Origin: Sphyrna mokarran
Lineage: Eukaryota
Direction of reading: 5' to 3'
NCBI GenBank assembly: GCA_024679065.1
Contig: JAGIQG010000001.1
Location: forward strand, 118,296,001-118,360,000
Length of the DNA stretch: 64,000 nucleotides
Shown here: positions 52,980-64,000 of the stretch, piece after piece
Layout of the letters: each line of letters opens with the position of its first letter
Position numbering within the stretch: position 1 is the stretch's first letter
Notes under the pieces: model-generated
Database searches by the model: none
What the model was told of the DNA's origin: nothing
What the model saw: only the letters and a program-made list of their open reading frames with translations
Translations under genes and position numbers: made by a program

Positions 52980-53900
52980 CTGATTGGATCTGACCTTGCA
53001 AAGGGAGCCGAGGCAGCAGCCGATTAAGACGCCGCTACCTGGACTCCCAGTTAATTCAGACGGTAGGCAATCTCTTCACAATTAGAGGGTCGGCAGCTAT
53101 TTCAGCTTCAGCAACATCACCGATTGTTGCCGAGACGCAAGGGCAACGAGAGGACTCCTCTACACAGGGACCAAAGTGATAATCTGTCCGGCAAGAGCCC
53201 AGAGGCTTCAGAGATGACCACTACTACCAGGGCGCCCTTTTTTAGTATTTGGGGGTTCTGCAAAATTCCCGTCTTAGGGAGGTTGCTTCGTGCAGCTGGC
53301 AGCCTCCCCACACCGCAGTGTGCCATGACATTGTGGGCAAAACATTGGAGGATCTGGAGAATTGCCAGTCAGCGATGGATGAGCCGCTACTTTTCCTCCC
53401 ATTGTGACAGAAACACAGCCTTCCTTCCCGACTTCTTCCATCTCGATTTTAATGTGCTGATAAAATGCCAGCTACCTTCTGTATTAGTCGAATTTCTCCG
53501 TGTTCCCTTGGCAGAGCAAGAAAGAGTAAATAATACTTCTGACCTGTTGGTTAAAGGTAACCTGGGATCTGCCATTTTGTACAGAAGACCTCGGAATGAT
53601 AATAAAGGTCCACAGCATGCAGCTTCGGCCCAACTTGATAATATCCTACAGCAGTGAGATCATGGTTGGAACAATAGACTATTCTCGACATCAGAGATGA
53701 AACTTCACAATAGCACAATGGGTGAATTATATACAGAACGTCATCCTGCCCAATGCTTTTAGCATCTCGATGTGGGATGGAACAATGTGATAAAATTAAT
53801 AATCATGAGCGGTGAAAAGCAGTTTAACACAATATGCTTTGATACTTGAAAAGGAGAAGCCCCATTTCTAAATTGCGGGCGGAGATAGCAGCAAATTTAG
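52980..53900. promoter_or_regulatory. CpG-retaining non-repetitive island (candidate alternative promoter/enhancer)
   Basis: I count 11 CpG in 52981-53200, far above the CpG-depleted background. No transposon family recognised; TAAT-rich flank at 52540-52740. Confidence 0.4.
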
Positions 53901-54789
53901 CTGCTTTTCAGGAAGTAGTGGGAAGATTTGTTCTGCTTCTGTTTTCTGTTGCTCTGGTTCAGAATGAATTACTAAATATGTAACTGTGGTACTTATAGAT
54001 ATAACACTTTGAAATTTGTATCTTCAGTTTCTATGAACTCGAACAAAGCATGAAGTCTCTTGACAAATTCTGTACGCAATTAACAGGATAGCTGCAATTC
54101 AAGCGTATAATTTACCTTTTTGGGAAAGCGTATGTATGGTTCAGTTCTTTCCTGATGCACTAATGGAAGTCATCATTAATAATTTAGGTAGACTTTATCT
54201 AGTTTATGCTTTGCTTACATGAATCAATTTTATTCATCGAGTTAGCATCCTGCTTTCAAGCTAAAAATCCAATTGTGTACCTTTTTCAATGCATATATAA
54301 ACTTTGGATAGCTGCATCGTCATTATAAATAGATCTATTGCATGTTCAGCTTAATTGTAAAGGTTTCAGACAGAAATTATGTTCACAAGGCAAATGTGAA
54401 TCTGCATGAGTATTATGCTGAGCAGATCCATTTTAGTTTTTGATGTCAAGTCATTCAGTCTTCTACTGAGCAGGTTTAGTTACAACACAAATAAGATGTT
54501 CTAAAGATTAGATGCAATTTTGATACCAATGTAACTTGCAAATTGATATAAAGATGAACAATTTATACAATTAATTCAAATGACTTTTTCATTTGTGAAA
54601 AACATTAATGAAAGTCAAACCAGCAATGACTGAAGATAACCAATTAGATCATAATGTCAATGGAGCACTGACTTTGCTGTTCTGTTCAATGAGTACTCAC
54701 ATTAAAGAAAATGTAAACAGTAATGATAACCAAATTCAAATCAATAGCTTGAAAACACACTGAAGGAGACAATCTGGTCCATTATCCCT

Positions 54790-54965
54790 GTAAGAAGTCT
54801 CACAACACCATTTACCTGGTGTTTATTTGGTAACAAATGCCACTAGCTTTTCATCACTCATCTGATGAAGGGGCAGAGCCCTGAAAGCTAGTGGTGTTTG
54901 CTACCAAATAGACATGTTGGACTTTAATCTGGTGTTGTGAGACTTCTTACTGTCCAACACCGGCA
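54790..54965. mobile_element. Foldback Penelope-like mini-element with plus-strand hammerhead core
   Basis: Inverted arms; CUGAUGA-A-GGGGC-AGA-GCCCU-GAAA-GCUA at 54862-54890, with G-U in place of the G-C pair at the base of stem II. Confidence 0.8.
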
Positions 54966-55899
54966 AGAGTGAACCATTTTTCAATAAAATATTGCGTACT
55001 GCATGCTACATTTGTGGTATGTTTGCTAATTATTGAAAAAACATCTTCCCAATTGCACCCATCCTTCCCCCTGCCATCATCCAGTACTACCATTGACACA
55101 GTAGAAGCAGAGGTGAATCTTGCCTCAGTTCTCTATTATCAGAAAAGGCTGTTTTACATTATTTTACCTTCCATTGCAGCTAGAAAAAAAGTTTATTTTA
55201 GAATTAAATTAGATGTCTCAATATGGAATAGCTAGAGGGATAAGCTTCAAATAATAATAAGTGGATTTTTCTGATCCCTTCTAATTTTTCTGAAAATAAA
55301 TAAGCCAACAAATACAACTGCAAACTTTAAGTATTTTCTCTCATTAATAATATAGTTTGGGAATAGAAATTTTCTGTGTGCTCTGACAATTTGCTCTAGT
55401 GACAGGAGTTATCAAATTTCAGATTTCAAGTAGTTGGAAATCGAACGTCCAGCCATTTGATGAACAGAACTCAACTCTTAGGTACTCAAGTTTCAGGTTT
55501 TAGTTTTACACCAAAAAAAGAGACAAAGACTTATGTGTTTTGAACTGGATATGTGATTTGTACCAATATGCACAAAGTGAATCTTCTGTTATTGGTACAA
55601 TCTTATCAAATTAAGTTCTTGACACATTTTTGGCTAAAACGTTTGTGAAAAAAAATAATTCCACACTAGGCAACCACATTCTGGTGTTTTATCCAAGTCT
55701 CTACAGTTACTCAGTACACCATAGCTTAGAAGACTATTAAGTGACTGGAACCAACATAGAGAATACATGAAAATAGTTCTAATGTCAATCTGAGTTAAAA
55801 GGATAAAAATAGTCCAATACAATTTACTGAAAAGCTGGAAAATTAAATAAATAAGGATAAAAAGTAGTTATTTATCACTGATTTTCTTCTCTCATCGGG

Positions 55900-56240
55900 A
55901 AACAAACTTGCATTTTAACAGTGCCTTTTAAAACCTCAAGCCATCCCAAAATATTTAACAGCCAATTATGTGCTTTTAAATTTTGTGCAGTCAATTTTAC
56001 ACACAGCAAGCTTCCGCAAACAGCAATATGATAGTGACCAATGAAACTTTTGTTTTAGTAATTAAGGAATGAATATTGACCAAGACACCAGGGACATCTC
56101 CTTCATTATGGTGCCATGGGGGCTTTCACATGAACATGACAGAAGGCAAGTCCCTGTTTTAATGTCTTATTCAAAATATATTATCTCCAACAGTACCACA
56201 CTCCCTCAGTGGTGAATGAAGTGTGAATCTAGATGTCAGG
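55900..56240 (-). mobile_element. Deu-domain SINE (SacSINE1/AmnSINE1-like)
   Basis: Reverse Deu core (cacacagcaagcttccgcaaacagcaat...gtgccatggg...ctccctcagt) with L2-like tail. Similar fragments at about 47270-47430 and 49940-50130. Confidence 0.65.
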
Positions 56241-58319
56241 TTTTTTTTAAGGATCATATAAAAGTAAAGGGTAATAGTTTTTTTATGATTCAGTTGTAGA
56301 ATTGTCTAAGTAATCAGTATAAAACTTTGTCCATATATTGCAAACTGTTGCTTACATGGATTGCTTTGGGAGAAACATGGACTTCTCTCATTGGGGGAAT
56401 AAATCCCATGGCGGGGGCAGGAACGTGGCATGTTTCCACTGCAGGGACACGCCAAATGTTCTGACCCCAACCTCATTAATAACACAGATGTTTTACGCCT
56501 TATTCCATAGTGGGACAAGCCTAATGGCACATAGTGCACTGTCTTATCCGATCACCATATTGAAAAGGCATCCAATGTCGCAGAGCCACTATTGAAGAAG
56601 GTGAATCTCCTGAGAATGAAGATGGATCTCCAGGATTATTCTGAGACCAGAAGACAGACCCACCTCCAGGACACTGAATCTGGAAGCTGCACTTTTAGAT
56701 GCTCCCAACCCAACTCTCTGGTGTTCTGAGGTGCAGGATTGCTGTCAACCTCCATTCTGCACTCTGGACGCAGCCCCAGGTATTGTTCAGCTGAGTTTGG
56801 ACATCTGCATGCCACGTTTTTCTGAACATGTTTTGCACCAGTGTGTTTTCTTGCTGACACATTGGAGAATCAGGCTCATGTGGTCAGGCCTTCATCTTCA
56901 TCCAATTAGTGGAATGCAAATTAGTTTCCGTCTTGCATCCAATGGGTTTCCTGATACGCTATGGCAGTTATACTATGTAAGATCGCGCTATAAATTTATG
57001 CCTGCGTGAAGCCAATTTTTGAACCTCCCACTGAATTCTATTCTCCACACCCCACCATTGAACCCACTAGCAGGGACTTAGGAGAAATGACAGCTTCAAC
57101 AGCATGTCAACTGAAAGACAATTCCTCATTGTGTTAGTACAAATCTACTATGTAGCAGAAACAAAACAACACATCTGTTACTACCATCCCCACTACAATA
57201 TCATTATACTGAACATTTCCTTTTCCAAAACAACCCAGTGTTGTTCTAATAATGGAAATACTTCAGCACCTGAAAGCCTTACTAAGAACTTCACAGATTA
57301 TTCTAAAGGATTATCTACATATACATACACACACTATTTCATAAAGCAAGAGCCACACCTGGAACACTTACATTTAACAAGAAACAGTTCAAAATGACTC
57401 CCAGCCAAACCTTATCACCAAGTTGTGATTGTGATTGTGATTATCAGTTTGGTTTTATTAATGCTATCTGCTCTTCTTGCATGTTTATATTTCAATATTT
57501 ATAGAAGCATATTCACATTTTATCCTTGATATACTGTTGAAAGGAAACAGATTTCAAAAGTTGTGAGAAAGCGGACACCATAAAATTCAGCAATAACAAT
57601 AACATTGGCAAAACAGTATGGGCAAACCCCATCAATAATGGCCACAATGCCTGAAATGATTTGGTTATGTTTAACCCAACAAAATTTTGCCTTTGGGAGA
57701 TACAATCCAATCTGTACTACATCTAATGAACAAAAAACACTTATAGTTAACAGTAAAAGCAACATGTGACAAAGCACCTTAAAATTTGGCATAGCATTTT
57801 GCATATGAATATTCATCTTTGAAACACTGTAGAGGGCTTGCAGTGTCCCATTCTCTTAATGTGATCCAAATCACATTTTAAAATCACATTCTACGTAAGT
57901 GATAAAAGGTATATATTGTATAATAAAATTAATAAGTAATTTTTAATTTAGTTAATCTTTTATAATTATTTAAATGTGAATTAATACATGGCCTGTGCCT
58001 TTGTCCTATTTTTGCATTAAAGCATAATTCTTCATCTTGCAGAACAGTAACTCTATAGTCTGGAAATTCCTTTGGGTTAACCAGTAAATGTCACTGAATT
58101 TTATATGCTGCTTGGAATTTTCAATTTGCGATTTTCCACTTGGATTTGTCATGCCTATTTTCTGAAATTTGAAACAACAACTCTTTTCCCCAGGTCTCTA
58201 CTTCTCCATGGTGACCAGCAGGTCAGCAGAGTGGATATGCAGCAGTGTACATTTTCTCAAATCTGAAATCAGCACTGTTTGATTGCATTATTTGTTAGAA
58301 GTCTCTCTCTTCACAATAA

Positions 58320-58420
58320 TTTACACGTGAGCCCGAGAGATATAGGGATAAGCCAGATTTCTATTGGTGTTCCCAGGGCGGAGCTGTCCTCTGTCATTCG
58401 AATAAATATTAATGAAGATC
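58320..58420. promoter_or_regulatory. Compact promoter/enhancer-like motif cluster in intron 1
   Basis: CACGTG (58324-58329), GATAA, ATTGG (reverse CCAAT) and GC box GGGCGG (58376-58381) within about 60 bp of otherwise AT-rich DNA. Confidence 0.35.
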
Positions 58421-59744
58421 ATCACATTAATGGTTGAACAGTTATACCAGTTGGGAGATAACCCTTCACCACTGATTTGGAAAGCAAACATTTTATTGTC
58501 TTTCCATACAATGATTCTGAATTTCTGATAGGAAATATGAAGGAAAACATGAAATGCAGGATCAGGGAGGATTCTGAAGATAGCTTAACAGCAAAAATAA
58601 AATCCTTGTTGATGCAATCCTAAAAAGTAATTTGAATACCAGTAAACAATAGAAGCATCAATTTTTCTCTCAGCATTATCTATCAGAATAAAAGCAAGTG
58701 AGCCTCTGGCTTTAACAAAGCTATGAGAAAATTCTGATTAAGCTTGTCACCACAGTTTAAATTCTGGTACTTAAAGGGTTATCATACAGAGACAGCACTG
58801 ATGTATGGTAGAGATAATGCCACCTTCTGTCTCTTAATCATGCTGCGTCTGTATGCATCTTTCTTAAATGGCATGAAAGATATTGACCAGGATATTTTAT
58901 GGCTAAATTCTGCTCAAGCTCAAATGGTAGCCTGCAATGAAAGATACCTTCCTGAAATCTATCAATGCCACGTTTTATTGTTGGCTGCCATAGAAACTAT
59001 ATGCAAATTCAGGAAACAGAGTTTTAAAGGTGCAATTTTGAAAAAGACTGTATTGCCTATAAAATAAAAATCAATTGCAAACATTTTGTATTGAAATGCA
59101 TGCAAGATAAATCTTGAACTGCTGCTAACTTATTTGTTCATGCTATTGGTAGGGAAGAATTGAATTGTAAAGATCTTTAGAATCTTTGTCCAATAAACAA
59201 GTTTATTTGGCGCCTCCCTTGATTCACATAAGACCTTCTATTGTTTCAATTTGATTTTTCCTTAAGATGTCAAGATTAGTACTGCCAATCCATTGTTTCA
59301 TTTTTTTGATTTACAAAACCAAATGTCTTCTTTGCATAAAAAGTATTTGAAGAAACCTTTTCTCTTGTAAGAAGAAATCAATTTAACATGTTGCATTTGT
59401 TCAGACATAAAATATATATGCTAACAATCAATATAGTTCAAATATATGACACATCTAAACAGCAATTCCATTTACCACATACAAAAACCAAACTAAAGAA
59501 TCACCATCACCATCAGAAGCACAATTTGATCTGAGGTGCAGTGATTTAAGTCAAATTTTCAAAAGCAATTCTAATCAGCTCAATTATCTCATCAACACAT
59601 TTCTAGTAGCTTCTCTACTCAGAGTGAGAGACGTTCACACAGAGATATATAATGATGAGCTGAGGCGCCTGCTTGGTTTGTAAAGGAGCAGCCCTTCAGC
59701 ATCCTTTTTCAAAGCTTGTTTGCCACAGTAAATTCCACTCTTAC

Positions 59745-59822
59745 CTTTTTGGGTCTCTTTCGCTTCTGACTGTTGCCATTGCATTTATCTCCACCATCAC
59801 TTTTCTGGGCTTCATCGCTCAT
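59745..59822 (-). CDS. ANK2: Ankyrin-2 (ankyrin-B) first coding exon, 26 codons, phase-0 donor
   Basis: Minus strand reads aaaacaATG AGC GAT GAA GCC CAG AAA AGT GAT GGT GGA GAT AAA TGC AAT GGC AAC AGT CAG AAG CGA AAG AGA CCC AAA AAG|gtaaga = MSDEAQKSDGGDKCNGNSQKRKRPKK. This aligns with the recalled human ANK2 exon-1 peptide [28 protein letters not shown], which also ends at a phase-0 intron. A at -3; consensus donor AAG|GTAAGA. Confidence 0.93.
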
Positions 59823-59879
59823 TGTTTTCTTTTATATGGTTTTTGCAAAGAACACTGTTCTCCCATCAAAATATCTCGA

Positions 59880-60130
59880 CTACACACACCAGACTGAGTG
59901 TTTTGTCACTTGCTGGAAGGAGGGGAGGGAGGGGGAGGAGTTGGGTGGGCAAGCATGATGACGTCTCCTTGGAAGCTGTAGTAACAAAGGTTATCTGAAT
60001 GTGCTGCCAAACTTTATTTAACCAATTAAAATCAGTCTAGTGAATTAAGCAGAAACAGAACCAAGAACAGAGAGCATTTGCGTTACTACATTACATCTGC
60101 CACTTCCTGCTTGTCAACTGCAGCTGAAAT
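59880..60130 (-). promoter_or_regulatory. Putative ANK2 exon-1 promoter
   Basis: Non-repetitive sequence directly upstream of the exon. Contains a GGA/G tract (59918-59940), CRE-like TGACGTC (about 59959-59965), CCAAT (about 60022), ETS-like ACTTCCTG (about 60102) and E-boxes CATCTG/CAGCTG. Confidence 0.6.
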
Positions 60131-60324
60131 AATTGAATTGTTTTTATACTCAGTATGGAGAGTAAGAGGAGGATCAAAGCAGTGCAACTATAAAATCAGC
60201 ATGATGCTTTAGAAAATCAATGTTGTCAACTTTTTTATTAAATTTATCTTCCTTTCCTTAAAACACTCTCTCTCTTCCTCTCCGGGATCCTGTTTTGTGC
60301 ATACCATTAACTTTCTAGGATTGG

Positions 60325-60600
60325 TGCAGCACATTGGCACAGTGATTATACTGCTACCTCACAGTGCCAGAATTCAAATCTTGGCTTGGGTCGCTGACTG
60401 TATGGAGTGGGCACATTCTCCCTGTATCTGTGTGAGTTTCCTCCCACAGTCTGAAAGACGTGCTGTTAGCCATGCTAAATTCTCCTTCATGTACCTGAAC
60501 AGGTGCCGGGGTGTGGTGATTAGAGAATTTTCATAGTAACTATATTGCAATATCAATGCAAGTCTACTTGTGACTGTGCTAAATAACTTTAAAAAAAAAA
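60325..60600 (+). mobile_element. V-SINE (HE1-related, alternative tail)
   Basis: tRNA-like head, V-domain, tail ...agtaactatattgcaatatcaatgcaagtctacttgtgac and A-run. Confidence 0.8.
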
Positions 60601-60864
60601 GCTCACTTGACAATTCATTATATATAAGGTTAGTCAGAATTCGTAAGCTATTGGGTCACTGGTACCATTGCAACCAAGACCAATCTGAAGTCCCACTTGG
60701 TATACTTTCCAGCAGTGGTCACCACATAGTGGTCAGGAATTCCTGGTTGATTTCTCTTTTCTTTCCTAATTTCAGGACACAAAAGAAAATTGTTCCACTG
60801 ACTACAATCATCTGACTTGGCACAGGCAAGTGATCAGAAGTGGTACCGTTTTAGTCTATGTAAT

Positions 60865-61142
60865 TGTTGTGTATGTGGTGTCTGTCTCTTTAAGACAGTA
60901 CAGCAGAAGGGAGGTTGCCTGACTTGAGGGACCAATGGGAACAAGAAAGTGAGTGATCACCTCCAAGGGTGGAGTCCCTCTCTCAGACAGAATCATAAAG
61001 CAACCATATAACAGTCATGTAAGAACTGGAGCTGGTCCAGGAAGCCGAGAGATACAACTCCTGTACCTAGTTTCTCTTATCAATAAATATCTTTAGTTCC
61101 AGACAAAACCTGAAATCTCGATGATGCAAGAGTACCACTACA
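60865..61142 (+). mobile_element. Solo LTR (Gypsy-like), 278 bp
   Basis: TG...CA termini (tgttgtgta / taccactaca), 4-bp TSD TAAT at 60861-60864 and 61143-61146, internal CCAAT, TATA-like catataa and AATAAA. Confidence 0.75.
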
Positions 61143-61349
61143 TAATAATGATTCAATCAGATCATTTAAATTCAGCCTTTGGGAGAAGCTTATTCGGAGA
61201 TTGCTCATTTCATGAGTATAATTGCACATCAATGAAATCTGTATCTACAAATGTTATTTTTACATTAAGGTTTAAGATAATTCTGCTGAAAGCATTGTTA
61301 ATCAGAAAAGAGGGACAATGGCATGCGAGAAATATCAAAAATACCATTG

Positions 61350-61455
61350 AGCAAACATGTAACAGACATGTAAGAACTGGAGTTGGTCAAGGGAAGCCAA
61401 GAGATACAACTCCTGTACCTAGTTTCTCTTATCAATAAATACTTTTTGTTCCAAA
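61350..61455 (+). repeat. Partial second copy of the same LTR
   Basis: catgtaagaactggag.tggtc...gagatacaactcctgtacctagtttctcttatcaataaata matches 61016-61089. Confidence 0.8.
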
Positions 61456-61589
61456 AAAAATACCAAAAGATCAATGCCCCAAAACAGAATCAAAGAAAAA
61501 TACTCACTCCTGATCTTTATTTGATGAACTTTAATCAAAAAGTCTGTCTACTTGCTTGGGAAAGAACAAGTCTGCGATGCCCCCAAGGT

Positions 61590-61860
61590 CTTTGGCATAG
61601 TAGTTAGCACTGCTGTCTCACAGTGCCAGGACCTGTGTTTGATTGTGCAAATTCCGTACAAATAGTGACCCATTCTCCCCAGGGCTTCCTCTGTGTGTTC
61701 CGAATTCATCCCATAGTCCAAAAAACATGCTGGTTCGATGAATTGGCCATGGTAAGTTCTCCTTCATTGTACCCGAACAGACGCTGGAGTATGGCGACTA
61801 GTGGATTTCATTGCAGTGTTAATATAAGCCTACTTATGACTTTAAGAAATAAACTTTAAA
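61590..61860 (+). mobile_element. V-SINE (same family as 60325-60600)
   Basis: Head tggcatagtagttagcactgctgtctcacagtgccagg and the shared tail. Confidence 0.8.
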
Positions 61861-62299
61861 CTGTGATGGCGCACATCTACATTAAGTCCACTTGGGTGAA
61901 GCCCTGTGGGTTGCTGGAACCTGTGGATCAGTTCCCTGTACAAGTTATTACTTTCAGGAGAGGGCAAGGAAAACAGAAAAGGGAAACATCAGAGTAGTCT
62001 TAAATATCTGGACTAGATGGATCAAATAAAATAATGCTATTCATCAGAAGGAATTCCCTACACTTTGGGCTAAGACAGTGAAGTTCCCGAACATTCTTCT
62101 GAATAAATAACACAGAAATTAGTGTGTGATGACTAAGGCTTATACTGGTTGTTCTGTTACTGGAACCTTGCTTGAATGAAATGATTAATGTCTGACTGAT
62201 TGCCTTCTCGGCAGTGGCCCTCAGAAAACATATTCAAGGGCCCAAAGCCAGTATCAGGTGTCTACCTTGGATTCTTAAAATGTGGGCAACAAATTTCGC

Positions 62300-62610
62300 A
62301 GTTGGAACAACAGCGTCAGAGACCCAAGTTCAGTTGCAGCCTCAAGTTTGCATGTTTTCCCCATGTCTGCATGGATTTCTTCAAGATGTTCCAGTTTCTT
62401 CCACAGTTGCCAGAGATGTCCAAAGATGTGCAGGTGAGGTGGATTGGCTAAATTGTCCCTTAGTGTCCCAAGATATGTAAATTAGTCTGATTAGTGGGGT
62501 AAATAGATGGGGTTACAGATATAGGGCATTGGTGGCATACTCTGTCAGGAAGTCATCGCTGACTCAATGGGCCAAATAGTCTCTTTCTGCACTGTAAGGA
62601 TTCTCTGATA
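62300..62610 (+). mobile_element. HE1-like V-SINE
   Basis: V-domain, tccaaagatgtgcaggtgaggtggattggc, and tail aatgggccaaatagtctctttctgcactgtaaggattct. Confidence 0.8.
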
Positions 62611-62839
62611 TAAACATCTGGACTGACTGGGTGCAAGCCATCCCATGCTAAGTTAGTATACTTTGACTTAAGTTTATTGTTTTTCTCAACCTGATAAAGC
62701 AACTGAGTAGCAATCCTTGCTCCTTCTAACAATTAGACAGCTGATGCTAACTCAAATCATTCATGCCGAAATCCTTATTTAATTCTGAGCAGCCCAAAAG
62801 TACATATTTCTTCAATTTAGTTTCAATAATAACTTGGAT

Positions 62840-63200
62840 TCAAGCGACTTAATGGCAGATGGCACTCTGTCATTTTTTGTTGTCTTTCTTCCGTATGGAT
62901 GGCTTGTTAATTAGTGCAAAAGTCGCCAATGAGACTGCAGTGAGGGTCTACTGAGATTTCCCTTATTCTTCCTAATGAGATGCTTCACCGGTTACTCAGG
63001 GCTCTACCGTGCTGATGCAGCTGGCTGGCTTCAGCCAGACCAGAATAATACGAAACCGCCCTGATGTAAACAATGACTTGACAGAGATACCACAAATGGG
63101 CAAGGATTCACGTACACACATGGCTCCCAGGTACCTTGTAATTATAGTGTCGTGTCAGATGCTGCATGGCTGTTACTATGGCAACTAGACTCCCTGCTGG
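62840..63200. promoter_or_regulatory. Candidate upstream enhancer with RFX X-box
   Basis: CpG-retaining unique sequence. Near-perfect X-box GTTACTATGGCAAC at 63172-63185, forkhead/SOX-like TGTAAACAATG at about 63065-63075, E-boxes CAGATG/CAGCTG, and TAATTA. Confidence 0.45.
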
Positions 63201-64000
63201 AGTCAATCTGACTGAATAGAATCCTCTGGGATTCCAAGAGGGCTGAGAAGCAAAATCACTGTTTACAAAGAAATGGAGAGGACCTGATGTACAGATACAA
63301 ACACACTGAAGAATTATCAGATTGTTTAAAGTATTATTTTTAAATAGAATTCCTCTAAATGTCAATATTGCCTGGTATCAAATTCCAAATTTCTTGTTTT
63401 TAAAAAAATGCATTCATCCCCAATTTCCCCAGGGCACGCTGGTTCATTCATCGAGAAAAATAAGTCAAACTTGAAACAGCGTAAAATCTGTGAAATATGT
63501 TGAGGTTCATCAAATGAGTCCCAAAATATGTGCAGCACTCACATTTCAATGTTGCACATGGCACAGTTTTGACCTAATGGGCAGGACTTTTCAGATCTCC
63601 AGGGTTCCCTACCCGCTATTGAAAAACTTGTCAGGGATAGCACTTATGCCAATGTCAGCAGCCTTGCTGCTGTTTAACGCTTTGAGGAGTGTCACTTGGC
63701 TGGAGATACGACTTCTACCCTAGCAGGCAGAAGTTCTGGCTTAGAGAGTTGCTGGCCAATCTGATTGGTCAGCAATTCCATAGTCCCAACGGTTCCACCA
63801 GTGGCAGAGCCTACTGCTGATACTACAGGAAGTCCCCAGTTTATAACTGCTGGAAGCTCAGGATCATTTATGTGTGGGTGCTCTCATGGCCAGAACTGCA
63901 GGGGAGGCTCCAGAAGAAAGGAGGGTGGTTAAGTGGGGTGGGATCAGGTTGGAAAGACCAGGAACAGGTGGAAATCTGAAGCGGGGTTTGGACCCATTCA

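Larger units (their letters stand above)
1..59744 (-). other. ANK2: Inferred ANK2 intron 1 (longer than 59.7 kb, continues off the left end)
   Basis: Begins at the GT donor (59744-59743). No exon encoding the next ANK2 segment (SDSN.SFLRAARAG) was seen; the region is repeat-rich and non-coding. Confidence 0.75.

Noticed and set aside
53117-53326. ORF starting MAH, reminiscent of the ANK2/ANK3 MAHAA alternative first exon
   Set aside because: Similarity ends after three residues; there is no Lys/Arg/Glu-rich run and it ends in a stop rather than a phase-0 donor.
61367-61460. LTR copy ending in an A-run after AATAAA, suggesting a retroposed polyadenylated transcript
   Set aside because: Homology extends upstream through the TATA region and the A-run aligns with agacaaaa in the full LTR, so it is simply a partial copy.
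1-64000. CRISPR arrays, operons, endogenous viral genes or defence-type systems
   Set aside because: Eukaryotic intronic DNA with no regularly spaced repeats and no long ORFs bearing viral or bacterial motifs.

Overview
Vertebrate genomic DNA, most likely from a shark (elasmobranch), judged from HE1/V-SINEs, Deu-domain SINEs, and CR1, L2, Rex1, RTE-X, Tx1 and Penelope-like relics. The only host coding sequence I can support is a 78-nt minus-strand first coding exon at 59745-59822 (MSDEAQKSDGGDKCNGNSQKRKRPKK followed by a GT donor). It matches the canonical N-terminus of ankyrin-2 (human [28 protein letters not shown], recalled from memory). Positions 1-59744 are therefore probably ANK2 intron 1 (I did not find exon 2), and 59.9-64 kb is promoter/upstream sequence. 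Almost all ORFs in the track are chance ORFs or decayed transposon fragments. The most notable signals are: short Penelope-derived insertions carrying minimal hammerhead ribozymes, one fully intact and in the ANK2 sense orientation; a uORF whose stop overlaps the ANK2 start (AUGA); several local templated or inverted duplications; and CpG-retaining candidate regulatory islands. I found no convincing novel multi-gene system. Repeat boundaries are approximate and family names come from recognition, not a database search.
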